NCBI GenBank assembly: GCA_038087875.1
Contig: CM076000.1
Span: forward strand, 2,356,001-2,420,000
Length of the DNA stretch: 64,000 bases
Source: Malacoraja senta
Taxonomy: Eukaryota
Reading direction: 5' to 3'
Shown here: piece by piece, positions 23,385 through 36,485 of the stretch
How positions within the stretch are numbered: position 1 is the stretch's first letter
Layout: each line of letters opens with the position of its first letter
The notes under the pieces: generated by a model
Databases searched by the model: none
Told to the model about the DNA's origin: nothing
Seen by the model: the letters and a program-made list of their open reading frames with translations, nothing else
Made by a program: the position numbers and the translations under genes

Positions 23385-24385
23385 ATCATAGTTATAAAGT
23401 TATACAGTGTGGAACAGGCATTTCAGCCCAACTTCCCCACACTGACAACATGTCCCATCTACACTCATCCCACCAGCCTGGGTTTTGCACATTTCCCTCT
23501 AAATCTATCCTATCCATGTACCTGTCTAATTGTTTATAAAATGTTGCAATAGCTGTCTCAACTACTTCCTCTAGCAGCTTGTTCCATACACCCACCACCC
23601 TTTGTGTGAAAAAGCTACTCCTCAAATTCCTATTAAATCTATCCCCCTTCACCTTAAACCTGTGTTCTCTGGTTCTCGATTCACCTGCTCTGGGCAACTC
23701 TGTGCATCTATCCAATCTATTCCTCTCATTATTTGATACACCTCTATAAGATTACCTCTCATCCTGAGGTGGGAGATTGCAACCTTCACGTGGTCCACCC
23801 TGTTTCGATGAATGCAATCAACCTGGGGTGCACAAACAGAAGATCAAACAGAACAAGTTGTCATAACTTTAGGCTGTGCACGCCAGACGCAAGACTTTTG
23901 TACAATCTTCAAACTTGCGAATCTTGCCATGTATGTATAGATGACAAACAGTAATGGGCCCAGCACCGAACCCTGAGTTATAGGCCTCCAGTTTGAGAAG
24001 CAACCTTCCATCATTACCTCTGCTTCCTTCCATTAAGCCAATTTTCTTTTCATTCGGCTATCACTCCTTGGATCCCATGCGATCTAACCTTCCGGAGCAG
24101 CCTATCATGCGGAACCTTATTGAATGCTTTGCTGGTCCATATTTACAACATCTACAGCTCTGCCCTCATAAACCTTTTTGGTCACAACTTCAAAAAACAC
24201 AATCAGATTCGTGAGACACGACCTACCACGTACAAAACCATGCTGACTCTCCCTAATCAGCCCTTGTCCATCTAAATGCATGTATATCCTATCCTTCAGA
24301 GTACTCTCTAGTAACTTTCCAACTACAGATGTTAAGTCCACTGGCCTATAGTTCCCAGCCTTTTCCCTACAGCCTTTCTGAAATA
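23385..24385 (-). mobile_element. CR1/HER1 LINE fragments
   Basis: FFTQRVVGVWNKL; GNYRPVDLTSVVGKLLE...SQHGFVRGRSCLTNLI. Confidence 0.82.
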
Positions 24386-24647
24386 CATTCATAACATTTT
24401 TTTACTTTGCTGTCTAAATTTTCTGCATTGCTTAATCACACTGCAATCAATCATTGCCTGGTCAAGATTAATTTCCTACAATGTATTGAAGGCTGATCAA
24501 ATCAATCATCAGTCATTGATCTTACGATGAAAGGACTGGATCGAGTAGCTGAAAATTGTCTTCACCCCCTATTGTGGCAGGAGATTTTACTAAAAGGGTG
24601 ATCCAAATTCTTTTAACAGAAAACACTTGGCCTCTGTCGAAATCTTA

Positions 24648-24941
24648 ATTTAGTTTAGAGATACAGTGTGGAAACAGATCCTTCAGCCCATCAGGTCCGT
24701 GCTGTCCACAATCACCCGTACACAGGTTCTATATTACACACGAGGGACAATTTACAGAAAGCAATTAACCGACAAGCCTGCAAGTCTTTGGAGTGTGGGA
24801 GGAAACGGGAGCACCCAGAGAAAACCCACGTGGTCACAGGGAGAAGGTACAAACTCTTTGCAGACAGCACCTGTAGTTAGGATCAAAGCTGGGTCTCTGG
24901 CGCTGTAAGGCAGCAACTCTACCGCTGCGCCACTGTGCCGC
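24648..24941 (-). mobile_element. HE1-type SINE
   Basis: Full head-to-tail reverse match to the other copies. Confidence 0.88.
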
Positions 24942-25244
24942 ACTCTGGACTGAATTTGTGCTAACTGATATTTTGTCCAGGGACAGGGGTGTGGAACTCT
25001 CAAATGATGAGACGATAAATTGTGGAGGGTAGCTGCAGGAAACCATAAATCAAGCAATCAATTTTAAACTGTCAGATTCTCTGTTATGCTGTTGATGTTT
25101 GGTGACATTTCTATGATTAATTATTCTTTGCCTGGAAGTGTTCGAATCCATTGTCAGAAGAAAATGAAGTCAAGTTGCACATTGACTATTATGCTCCGTC
25201 TTCTAGCCTAATTCTGACCATAACTCTGGCCTAATCTAGATTAT

Positions 25245-25575
25245 AAGGCATAGGAGCAGAATTAGGCCGTTCGGCCCATCGAGTGTTCTCCGCCATTCGA
25301 TCACTGCTGATCTATCGTTCTCTCTCAACCCCATTCTCCTGCCCTCTCCCCATAAATTTTGCTACCTTTACTATTAAAGAACCTGTCAATCTCTGCTTTA
25401 AAAATACCCAATGACGGCCTCTACAGCCACAGATAGCTAAATTCCACAGATTCACCACCCTCTGGCTAAAAAAATTCCTCCTCATCTCCATCCTGAAGGT
25501 ACATCTTTTTATTCTGACCATGTGCCCTCTGGCCCTAGAATCTCCCACAAGTGGAAACATCCGCTTCACATCCAA
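25245..25575 (-). mobile_element. CR1/HER1 LINE 3' end
   Basis: RRNFFSQRVVNLWNL on the minus strand. Confidence 0.8.
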
Positions 25576-27549
25576 AAATTCAGGATAACTAAACCTACAA
25601 TTATTCAGCAGTTAGAAATCTATCACGAGACCCCAACTGATGTTTACAGTATGTGAAGCCATTACATCAATTAGTTTAATTTCAAGATACAGCATGGAAA
25701 CAAGACTTCCAGCTCATCAGGTCCTCCCCGATCATCGATTATCCGTTCACATGTTAGTTCTATGTTATCCCACTCTTGCATCCACTCCCTGCACACCAGG
25801 GGCATTTTTCAGCGGCCCAATAACCTCCAAACCCACACGTGCTTGGGACGTGTGAAGAGAACCCACGCTGTCACAGGGAGAACGTGCAAACTGCATGCAG
25901 ACAGCAACCGAGGTCAGGATAGAACTCGGTTCTCTGGTGCGGTGAGGCAGCAGCTCTACCAGCTGCACCACAGTGTGCTGCACTTGTATCCTCAGTATGT
26001 GTGTAAGTGGTCCAGGTGTATTCATGGTCAATGGTGATCCTTGTGGATATTGGTCCTGGGTTCAGTGACAGGAATGTCATTGAATATGAAAGGAAGGTGG
26101 CTACTCCCCCCCCCCCCCCCCCCCACCCCCCCCCCCACCCCCACCCCCCTCCGGAATGGTGATCTCTGAATGATGTGCAGGAACAAAATTGGTTGCTTCA
26201 ATTTCTGTGGGTGGTTTGAAAATGTTGTAGTCATCAGAGGAGATTGCAACATTTCAGTGGTTGAATGGCACTTTATTATCACATGTACTTAGATACAGTA
26301 AATTTTTAGCTTTGCATTTAATGCAGTAAAATCACGCTATAATACATTCATAAAATCATGAGGTAATAGGTAAGGTGAATGCACAACGTCTTTTACCCAG
26401 AGTAGGGGAATCAAGAACCACGTAGGTTTAAGGTGAGAGGGGAGAGATTTGACAGGAACCTGAGGAGCAACATTTTCACACAGAGGGTGGTGGGTGTGTA
26501 TGGAACGAGATAGTTGTGGCAACAGTTCTACAACAACATTTAAAGACGTTTAGACATAAGACATTTCGCCGGGTACATAGAGGGATGTGGGGCAAACGTG
26601 GCTGGTGGGACTAGTGTAGATGGGGCATCGTGGTCGGCATGGGCATAGATGGCATGCTGTATGACTAAGTGTAAGCACTATCACAAATAAGTACAAAAGT
26701 ATAATTGTAATGTAAGAATAGTAGATTTCACTGAGGCAGTGCACAAAGAGTTGCCAACGTTTCCAGTACCAACTTATGCCCTTCAAATTTCAAGTTCTTA
26801 AAATTATTGAGTCTTAACTCAGCCATGAAGGCTTGTTGTCCTGGCGGTGGCACTGGGTTGGATTTGCAGGGGTCGGTCTGCCTTGCAATGTTGTTGGTGT
26901 CCTCCACCGCTGCTCCGCAGCTCCATGCCCTACACACTCTCATCTGACCTCTGTGGGGGTCTCCAGCATATCTTTGGTCTCCAGTAACGCCCGATCCATG
27001 CAATCCCCCGCGCCTGTTGCAGGGTCTCCAGTGGTCCATTCCGCCAACGCTTGTACCCACAAGCGCGCTGTTCTCTTGCCTCCCGCAGCCACCATCTGTC
27101 TCCATGTGGCAGGGCACCTCCCACAGCTGACCTGGGAACCCCTAGAGCAGCCTGGCACTGACACCTATCCTAATCGATCCTGTCCTAATGATGAAAGGTT
27201 CATGTCATAGAAGTAGAATTAGGCATTGGGGTAGAGGTGAATCAGACAGTACCCTAGTTATGGAAGGGCTGTTCAGAAGCCTGATAGCAGAGGGAAAGCT
27301 GTTCCTGAGTCTGGTGATGCACTCCTTCAAGCTCCTGTACCTTCTGCCAGGTGGGAGTGGCAGGACAAGGAATGAACAGGGTGGTCCATAATCAAGTGTA
27401 GATGGGTACTGTCTGATTGATCTCTCCCCCATTGTGCACATTGGACGCTGTCACTGGAACTGGTGTACCTATGTACAGTTTCAAAGCATAGTGTACCTGA
27501 TTTGTTTGGATTACATGCAAAAGCAAAGCTTTTCACTGCACCTCACTTT

Positions 27550-30500
27550 TGTAGATGACATGTGCATGTACCTTTAACATAGTGACCTCACCACTACTAA
27601 CCACTCCCCACATCACTAGTATAATTACAACCTTCCCACCCAGTGCTCTCTCTGGTTCCGGTGACAGACCACGAACAGCTAGGGCAGTAAAGTATGTGTA
27701 TCATGAATAAACAGTAGTAAAGACACAGTGTGTTATGACTCCTCTTTACATGGTGTCAGCATCGTACCTTTGCGCCTCCAGTTTATCGGGTTTTCTTTCC
27801 TTTCACCCGTTTCCCCATTGTGTTTTTTTATCTCCCGTGCCATGGCTACTTCTTGCCGTAAACCCGATATGCTTGTCTTCGACTCGGACATTGCCCATCG
27901 GTGGGGTGTCTTTAGATGTGACTTCCAACACTACGTCACGATCGCCCATCCTGCTGCCACCCCGGCCACACGGACTTCTCTGCTTCTCAACCTGGCTGGT
28001 CCCGATGCCCTGGAACGGGCTGAGTCGTTTGTCTATGGTGCAGGTGAAGATGCTCGGGACCCGGTATGTCTTATGGCTACGTTTACCGCAATGTGCGACA
28101 TCCCCACTAACTGCATTCTAGAGCGTTTTAATATGTTCACCCGGTGTCAGATCTCTGGAGAGTCAATCGATAACTATATCGCCGCGTTGCATCACCTGGC
28201 CAGGCGTTGCAGCCTGGACACACTGACCCCCGATCAACTGACCCGGGACATTTTAGTGTATGATCTTCAAGATGAAAAACTAAGGGCTGAACTTCTGCGG
28301 AAGCACGACCTGTCTTTAGCCGAGGCTCTGCACGCCTCCCGCATGGCTGAGGCTGTCGCCTCGGCGGTGTCGTCTGCTGATCATGACATTAACTTTGCCA
28401 GTGTTGCTGGCCGCCGGCGGAACGCTGGCCCGCAACGGCAACGGGGGTCCCCTGCACCCTGGGGTAGCAGCCCACAGCGGTGCCCCAACTGCAACTTTAC
28501 CTCCCATCAGTCTAATGTGTGCCCTGCACTGGGAAAAACGTGCAACTTTTGCAGGAAATTGAACCATTTCTCTGCCGCCTGTCGCTCCCGTGGGAAGCCA
28601 ATTCCTGCTCCTCGCCGAATGTTAAACAACCTTGCTCGAGCTGATGGCTCGCTTGGTTCACAGTTCCAGCCTGATGAACTCCCTTTGTCTGATACAAGTT
28701 CCTCCCAGGGGGAGAACAGCATATTTTCGGTGTTGGATTCACCTGCACTGATAACGGACCCTTCGGTTCGCGTTACTGTCAACGGCTCGACCTTCACCGC
28801 CAAACTCGACACGGGGGCCGTGACCAATGTAATGTCAATAAGCCTCTTCAAGAAGATAAGGACTGATGAGAAAGTTACTCCCGATAACTCCCTGTTGCAT
28901 GCCTACGGGGGAAGCGTGCTCGTTCCGGTGGGGAGGGCTACCCTGCACTGCAAGGTACTGCATGCCTCTCGGCCCCTCACTTTTTATCTACTGGATACTA
29001 ACAACATCACCCTGTTGGGTGCCAGGACCTCGGCTTGGTCTCTTTCCACCGTGATATCCACCAGGTGCGGACCCTTATGGACCCCCTGTGCGAATACCCT
29101 GACCGTTTTGATGACAAGCTGGGCAAGCTGCCCTGCAGCTACAAGATCGTTGTCGACCTCGGTGTTGAACCTATGATCTGTCCACCACACCGCGTCTCCT
29201 TCGCCATGAAGGACAAGGTGGAGTTAACGCTGCTCAACATGGTTACCATGGGCATCCTGAAGGAGGTGAGCGAACCCACCCGGTGGGTCTCAACCATGGT
29301 TGTTGCTGCGAAAAAGGACAAAAGTGAAATTTGCATCTGCATCAACCCCAAAGACCTGAACCTTGCCATCAGACGCCCTCATTACCCCATGCGAACAGTG
29401 GAGGACGTCGCTGCACAGGTTGGCCCGGCCACTGTCTACTCGGTTCTCGATGCCAAGAGCTCCTTCAGGCAGATACCGCTGGACGAGCGGTCCTCCTACC
29501 TGACTATCTTCAGCACGCCCTTCGGCAGGTTCCGATTCCTCCGCATGCCATTCGGGATCAACTCTGCCAGCGAGGTCTTCCAGCGGACGATGGAGCAGCT
29601 GTTCGCCGGTCTGCCGTGTGCCATCATCGTTGACGACATCCTGGTCTACGGTAAGGACGTTGCTGAGCACGATCTCCACCTCCGTCAAGTCCTGGACCAG
29701 GCCCGTGAAATTAACCTCAAACTAAACCCAAAGAAGTGCCGTTTCCGTGTCCCGGAGGTCACCTATGTGGGCCACATCTTTACCGCATCGGGGCTGAAGC
29801 CTGACCCGCAGAAGATGGCCGCGGTCTCCGGGATGTCTTCGCCCACCGACGTGCCCAGCCTGCAGCGTTTCCTGGGCATGGTTAATTACTTGGGGAAGTT
29901 CATCCACGACCTCAGCGAGCTGAGCACGCCCCTGAGGGAGTTGATCAAGAAGGACACTGCCTGGGCCTGGTTCCCGCATCACCAGAAAGCTTTTGACGTT
30001 CTGAAGTCCAGGCTGGCCAGTACCCCTACTCTCCAATTCTTCGATCTGCAGCGTCCCATTGTTCTTACCTGCGACGCCTCCAAGTTTGGTCTTGGTGCTG
30101 CTTGTCTGCAGCTCCACGATGGCCTGTAGCTGCCTGTTTCCTACGCGTCCCGCACCATGACCCCTGCCGAGCAGCGCTATGCTCAGATAGAGAAGGAGCT
30201 GCTTGCTGTGGTGTTTGCCTGCTCCAAGTTCAAGGACTATATTCTGGGCAACAGATTCACGATCGAGACCGACCATCAGCCGCTGGTCTCTATCCCCAAC
30301 AAGCCGATCCACATATCCTCGTCCCGTTTGCAGCGCATGATGCTGCAGCTCCAGCGTTTTACGTTCAAAATTGTATATCGCAAGGGCAAGGACATGTTCG
30401 AGCACTACGAGACCTCCGATCCCGGTGACACAGCGGTCCCTCGTTCCCTCTGTTCTCCAGCCCGCTGCTGTCCAGGAGCGCATTGCCATCAAACAAGAAA

Positions 30501-31284
30501 TCCAAAAGCGCTCCCACGACAAGTCCTGCCGTCCCCTCCCGCCTCTGTTCCCTGGCCAAGTCGTCCGGATGCAGTCCCCCTCCGGTCACCCCAGGCTTGC
30601 CATCGTCGTCGGTACTGCTGGTTCGCCGCGGTCCTATTTAGTCGACCATGACAGTACTATTTACCGCCGGTCCCGCCAACATCTGCGGCTTGTTAACGAG
30701 CCCCCACCGCCGCCTGCAGACCCCTTTTCCCCCCCGCTGTCTGCCACGTTGCCTGCCCCTCCAGCCAGTCCTCCCTCGCCTGCCCGTCTTCCCGCTACTG
30801 CTCCTGCTCCCCCTGCTCCGTCTCCGTCTCCGTTTTCTCTTTCTCCTCCCGATTCCCCGGTTCTCTCACCCGCGCCTGCTCCTACTCGTGTTCCTCCTGC
30901 AGAGGGGGAGATGGCGAGCTGCATACCCGGTGGTCAGGCCGCCTGTGCATACCCGGCGGGTGGTCAGGCCGCCTGTCCGTTATGGTGATTTTGCTTAACT
31001 ATTTGCTCACCTGCTCGTAGCGTATGAAACGTGGTCGCCCTGTCACTATGGTATTGCTTTTTATTTCCAAGGGGAAGGATGTAGATGACATGTGCATGTA
31101 CCTTTAACATAGTGACCTCACCACTACTAACCACTCCCCACATCACTAGTATAATTACAACCTTCCCACCCAGTGCTCTCTCTCTCTGGTTCCGGTGACA
31201 GACCACGAACAGCTAGGGCAGTAAAGTATGTGTATCATGAATAAACAGTAGTAAAGACACAGTGTGTTATGACTCCTCTTTACA
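27550..31284 (+). mobile_element. Gypsy/Ty3 LTR retrotransposon (Mag-like), both LTRs, defective
   Basis: LTRs 27550-27750 and 31080-31284 (TG...CA); ACTTT TSD at 27545-49 and 31285-89; PBS tggtgtcag (tRNA-Leu-like) at 27751; PPT aaggggaagga before the 3' LTR. Confidence 0.97.
27842..30998 (+). pseudogene. Gypsy gag-pol (Gag, CCHC knuckles, protease, RT, RNase H; integrase core deleted)
   Basis: CNFCRKLNHFSAAC, KLDTGA, LDAKSSF, MPFGINSA, IVDDILV, CDASKFGLGA, EKELLAVV, TDHQPL; frameshift ~29020, TAG at 30127-30129, deletion junction ~30397. Confidence 0.93.
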
Positions 31285-32084
31285 ACTTTCACTTTCACTT
31301 GCACGTGACAATAAGAATACACATAAGCCCAAGCAAGTAGATCAGTTTCAAGTGGCTTGACGTCTTTATATGTAGCTGTGGATGCTCCTGGCATGTCAGT
31401 AATTTCTCAGCACATTCATCAGCTTAATTACCTTTCTTTTTTTCAAGAGATTCTGGAATTTTCTCCGATCCACAGGGCCAATAATTATAAGAAGCGGGTA
31501 TTTCTGCACAGTGCCTCTCACATTAACCCACCATTCAAACGGCGATGAAAGCTCTCCCTAAATTAAATCTCAGCAAGAAACAAGTAATTCTATTTATTAG
31601 AGACAATGGAAAAGGACTTCTCTGTGGTTTCGCCATTGCTTTCTGGCAGATCAAGTTACTCCCATCTGCACACACTGTCAACATCTCTTAAAGGGTTCAT
31701 GATGTAAGCGTTTAGCAAGGTGCTTTGAGCTTCCCAATGGAAGGTCTTGCTGCAGGAAAATGCAGGATGGAAAATAGCTGATTAATTGTCACGTGCATCT
31801 GCAGAGTAAGATGAATGGGAGCTTCAGAAGAGACCGTCTGTATTTTATCAGTGTAGATCATGTCTGGTTCACTACCTTCAGAACAGTGACTGGAATCTCA
31901 GGAATCGGAACCACTTGCAGGTGAAAGGAAATATCAAGATAAAATCGACAAAAGTAAAACAAATGTATTGGCAAAAGGGAAATATGACAGACTCAACCCT
32001 AAATTCAAATGAACTGCAATTGTAAATCACAAAACTATGATTGTTCATTGTATGGGAAGGAACTACAGATGCTGGTTTATACAG

Positions 32085-32238
32085 AAGATAGACACAAAGT
32101 GCTGGAGTAACTCAGCGGGTCGGTTACAATCACTGGAGAAAAAGGATGGGTGTTGTTTTGGGTCGAAACGTCACCCATCCTTTTTCTCCAGAGGTGCTGC
32201 CTGACTCGTTGAGTTACTCCAGCACTTTGTGTCTATCT
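32085..32238. mobile_element. Palindromic Penelope-pLTR-derived mini-element
   Basis: agatagacacaaagtgctggagtaactca...tgagttactccagcactttgtgtctatct, with central gggtcgaaacgtcacc. Confidence 0.75.
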
Positions 32239-32782
32239 ATAATTGTTCATTCCATTCTTTGTTGTGTTGGTAGGTTTTCCAATGAGATCCTATGTTAAAT
32301 GTTGACTGATTTCCCAATGTTATTATTTGTAAACTTAATTTTCAAATTATTTGCTTCCTTTTCAGTAGCTGGTTAATACTCACTGCATTGTTTGGCCTCT
32401 CTGCTTGTTCAACATAGAACAGTATAGCACAGGAACAGGCCCTTCGACCCACAATGACTGTGCCGAACATGATACCAAGACAACCTAATCTCGTCTGTCT
32501 GCACTGATCTATATCCATTCCCATTTCCATTCCCTGCATATCCATGTGCCTACCCAAAACGCCACTATTATATCTGCCCACCTCCACCCCTGGCATACAT
32601 TCCAGGCACACAACTACTTCTCTGTAGACAACCTGCCCAGTGAGGTGTTGCATTATGGGAGCGCTAACATGGGCTGAACCTACACAGTGAACGGTAGGGC
32701 TCTGGGGGGTGTTGTAGAGCAGAGGGATCTAGAAGTACAGGTACATAATTCATTGAAATTGGCATTACAAGTAGATAGGTTG

Positions 32783-33055
32783 ATCCACAAAAGACCTCAC
32801 AACAGGGTATCGACCCAAACAATATCTAGGTGGCTTCGACAGGTTTTGGGGGCTGCAGGGGTGGATACTGATATTTACAAATCTCATTCCACCAGGGCTG
32901 CAGCCACATCGGCAGCATGGCACATGGAGGTTCCAATGGATCACATCTTGGGTACCGCAGGAAGGTCCAGGGAGAAGACCTTCCAAGAATTTTATAATAA
33001 GCCAGTTGCTAAGCCTGTGACTTTTGCAGATACTATTTTGAGTTCTGTTTTATAA
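32783..33055 (+). pseudogene. Tyrosine recombinase C-terminal fragment
   Basis: STQTISRWLRQVLGAAGVD..YKSHSTRAAATSAA...AGRSREKTFQEFYNKP (HxxR motif and catalytic Tyr). Confidence 0.88.
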
Positions 33056-33555
33056 TACGCCCCGAAGGATAGGGGTCATTATTATAATTTGTGTTAATAA
33101 ATCACTTATTGTTTCTTTTAACAATTGATTCATGTCTGGATTTGTTAACATACTTCCTCCTCAAGTCTACGACAACAGGGTGTGAAGCATGGACTCGTTC
33201 CGTGGCATGAAATCACAGAGCTTTAAAATCTTCACGTAGTAACTCACGTGACTCCGAAGTAAAATAGTACAATTAAACGAGCTTACCAGTTTGAAGTTTG
33301 ATCTTTATTTTATGAGGAGTTACGTTGAGGGATTACGTGCCCTCCACGCCCACCCTCTATTATAAAGGTCAGCTGGTATTATTGTTCTTATCTTACTAGG
33401 TTATTTCGACTACCGTATCTGTGATTTCACACCACTGCTTTGAAGATATGTCGCGCATGCGCCCTGGCGGGCTCTTCACGTAATCCCTCAACGTAACTCC
33501 TCATAAAATAAAGAGCAAACTTCAAACTGGTAAGTTCTCATTTAATCTTACTATT
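32783..33555 (+). mobile_element. DIRS-like tyrosine-recombinase retrotransposon, 3' fragment
   Basis: YR C-terminus plus an ~77-bp inverted repeat (33263-33339 vs 33477-33555), consistent with ICR/ITR-type terminal structure. Confidence 0.85.
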
Positions 33556-33784
33556 AAATTCCCCCCCTCACCTTAAACCTATGTCTTCTGGTTCTCAAAC
33601 CTTGGTCTTACCAAATTACCAAATTTCTCCACCTTTTTAGATGATGTTAGTATAATAAATAATAAATTAATAAAATTTGTTCCACTTCCTTTGACAGAGG
33701 CTCCCTCTTGTGGTGTAGGTATGAAATAATTCAATTTGTATAATGTGAAGAGAAATATATATGTGTGTGTAAGAGCAAAAGACA

Positions 33785-34490
33785 CATAAGAAATTGCAGA
33801 GGGTTGTGGATATAGCCCAGTCCATCACACAGACCAGACTTCACCATTTACTCCATCTTAACCATCCCTCTCTCAGCAAAGCAGCCAACATAATCAAAGA
33901 TCCTTCCCACTCCTATCATTCCATCTTCTCCCCGCTTCCGTTGGGCAGAAGATACAGAAGCATGAAAGTGTGCACTACCAGACACAGGCACAGTTCTTCC
34001 ATTAGCTAGGGTATAGTTAGATCCCCATCTACCTCATTGCGGACATTGGACTTTGTCTCTGGAACTGTTGTGCTACAATGCTGAGAACTATATTCCGCAT
34101 TCTTCCCTTCGCCCTACCTATTGTATTCAGCTTGATTGTGTGTATGTATAGTATTATCTGATCAGATTCGTAATTTAGTTTAGTTTATTGTCACGTACCA
34201 AGGTACAGTGAAAAGATTTTTTGTTGCATGCTATCCACTCAGTGGAAAGACGATAAATGATTATAATCCAGCCGTCCACAGTGTACAGATACAGGATAAA
34301 GGGAATAACATTTAGTGCAAGATAAAGTCCAGTAAAGTCTGATTAAAGATAGTCCGAGAGTCTCCAATGAGGTAGATGGTAGGTTAGGGCTGCTTTTTAG
34401 TTGGTGATGGGATGGTTCAGTTGCTCGATAACAAAGCTTTTCACTGTACCTCTGTACATTGACAATAATAAACATAAACCTAAACACCTA
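33785..34490. mobile_element. Rex1/Babar 3' fragments in both orientations
   Basis: LQRVVDIAQSITQT...KAANIIKDPSH..IFSPLPLGRRYRS, with an inverted tail copy at 34170-34420. Confidence 0.75.
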
Positions 34491-35454
34491 GCAGTGGCAG
34501 TAACACAAGCCTGTGAACTGATGGCTGTGGGCAGATCATGGAATGGATTATAGCCTGGAAAAGATGTAATATTTCAAAAAATCTAACTGCAACTAAGCAT
34601 CAGAACATCATAAAGTCATTGAGTTATACAGCGTGGAAACAGGACCAACTTGCCTATGCCAACCAACATGCCCCATCTACACTAGTCCCACCTGCCTGCG
34701 TTTGGCCCATATCCCTCTAAACATGTCCTATCCATGTCGAATGTTTCTTACACATTGCAATAGTACCTGTCTCAACAACCTCCTCCGGCAGCGCGTTCCT
34801 AACCAGGATGACTACAGTGTTTGGAAGCAGCCTTGTGTCTCTACAATACTATGTATTGGCAGCAGAATGGGGTTTAGAGGGAAAAATAGATTGGCCATGA
34901 TTAAATGGTGGAGTAGACGCGATGGACTTAATGGCCCAATTCTGCTCCGATGTGGTTTTTATGTGAAGCTCTGCAGCCACAAAATATATCAGAGTTTCCA
35001 CATAAGGATATGCACTTCTTTTCCAGCCAAGGATATCAAATGCTGGCACAGGTTGAAGAAACCCAAGCTAACAGAAGATAGCTTTGCTGCCAGAGCTGGG
35101 CTTTCCAGATGAGCGAGCTTTTATTCCCACAAATTAATATCCAGCATTGCAAAATTCATCTTGTGGGGCCAGATGATATTCCCTCGCATGTGTTTTTTTT
35201 ATTAAACAAGACAGTTCTACAAAATTGGGCATAATTCATCATTTGTGACTGTGTATTTCTTTTTCACATTCCTTGATGTGTACTTTCCATTGGAAAGTTA
35301 TTTTCTCCATCGGAGAGTTCTTATCCCCTTCAAACCTGGTATTATTTTCCTCTGACCATATCAGAATCAGACATACTGCCTTTTGCTATGTTTTACCCTT
35401 TCTTAGCCAACGATGGATTAAGTTAAGATAGACACAAAGTGCTTGAGTAACTCA

Positions 35455-36485
35455 ATGGAATCAAGGGATATGGGGAGAAGGCAGGAACGGGGCACTGATT
35501 TTGGATGATCAGCCATGATCATATTGAATAGCGGTGTTGTCTCGAAGGGCCGAATGGCCTACTCCTGCATCTATTTTCTATGTTTTCTATGTTTCTATGT
35601 TTCAATATGATCATGGCTGATCATCCTAAATCAGCACTCCATTCCTGTTTTCTCCCCAAATCCCTTGATTCCGTTAGCCCTAAAAGCTATATCTAACTCT
35701 CTATTGAAAACCCAGTGAATTGGCCTCCACTGCCTTCTGTGGCAGAGAATTCCACAGATTCACAACTCTCAGGGTGAAAAAGCTTTTCCTCATCTCAGAC
35801 CCCTTAAGGGCCTGTCACACGAGCATGCGACTGCATGCGGCAAGCACGACCTAACGTGGTCGCTTGAGCCGTACGGCCTCGCGGGGCCGGTCCCACTTCG
35901 ATCGCCGGAGCCGTACGGAGTTGTGCGGAGCTAGTCCCGACATCGCGCGGGGCTCCGAAAAACTGACACTGTTCAAAATTTCCGCGCGGCAACGGCCTGA
36001 CGGCCCGCAGCCGCCTCGACGCCGTACACACTGCCTCGACGGACGTGCGCAGCGTCTCGACGCCGTACGCAGCGTCTTGACGCCGTACGTCACGCGCGGA
36101 CTTCGCTCGAACTTCACGTCACTCACTCGACCTCCGCGCGGCCCCCGCTTCCGGTTTGGTCGCGCTCACCGCATGCAGTCGCATGCTGGTGGGACCGGCC
36201 CTGTACGGGGATCACTCGACCTCCGCGCGGCCCCCTGTGCGGTCCCCGCTTCCGGTTTGGTCGCGCTTGCCGCATGCTCGTGGGACAGGCCCATTATTCT
36301 TAAACTGGGACCCCTGGTTCTGGTCTCCCCCCAACATCGGGAACATTTTTCCTGCATCTAGCCTGTCCAATCCTTTAAGAATTTTATGTTTCTATAAGAT
36401 CTCCCCTCATCCTTCTAAATTCCAGTGAATACAAGCCCAGTCGATCCATTCTTTCATCATGTGTCAGTCACACCATCCCAGGAAT
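35455..36485. mobile_element. CR1/HER1 LINE 3' ends tail-to-tail, interrupted by a MITE
   Basis: Plus-strand tail 35455-35600, then a minus-strand copy from 35605. Confidence 0.8.
35807..36293. mobile_element. PIF/Harbinger-like GC-rich MITE
   Basis: TIRs agggcctgtcacacgagcatgcg / cgcatgctcgtgggacaggccc; TTA TSD (35804-06 and 36294-96). The empty site accccttattcttaaactg is visible in the LINE copy at ~58352. Confidence 0.9.

Noticed and set aside
29722..30522. 266-aa minus-strand ORF
   Set aside because: Antisense shadow of the GC-rich Gypsy pol.
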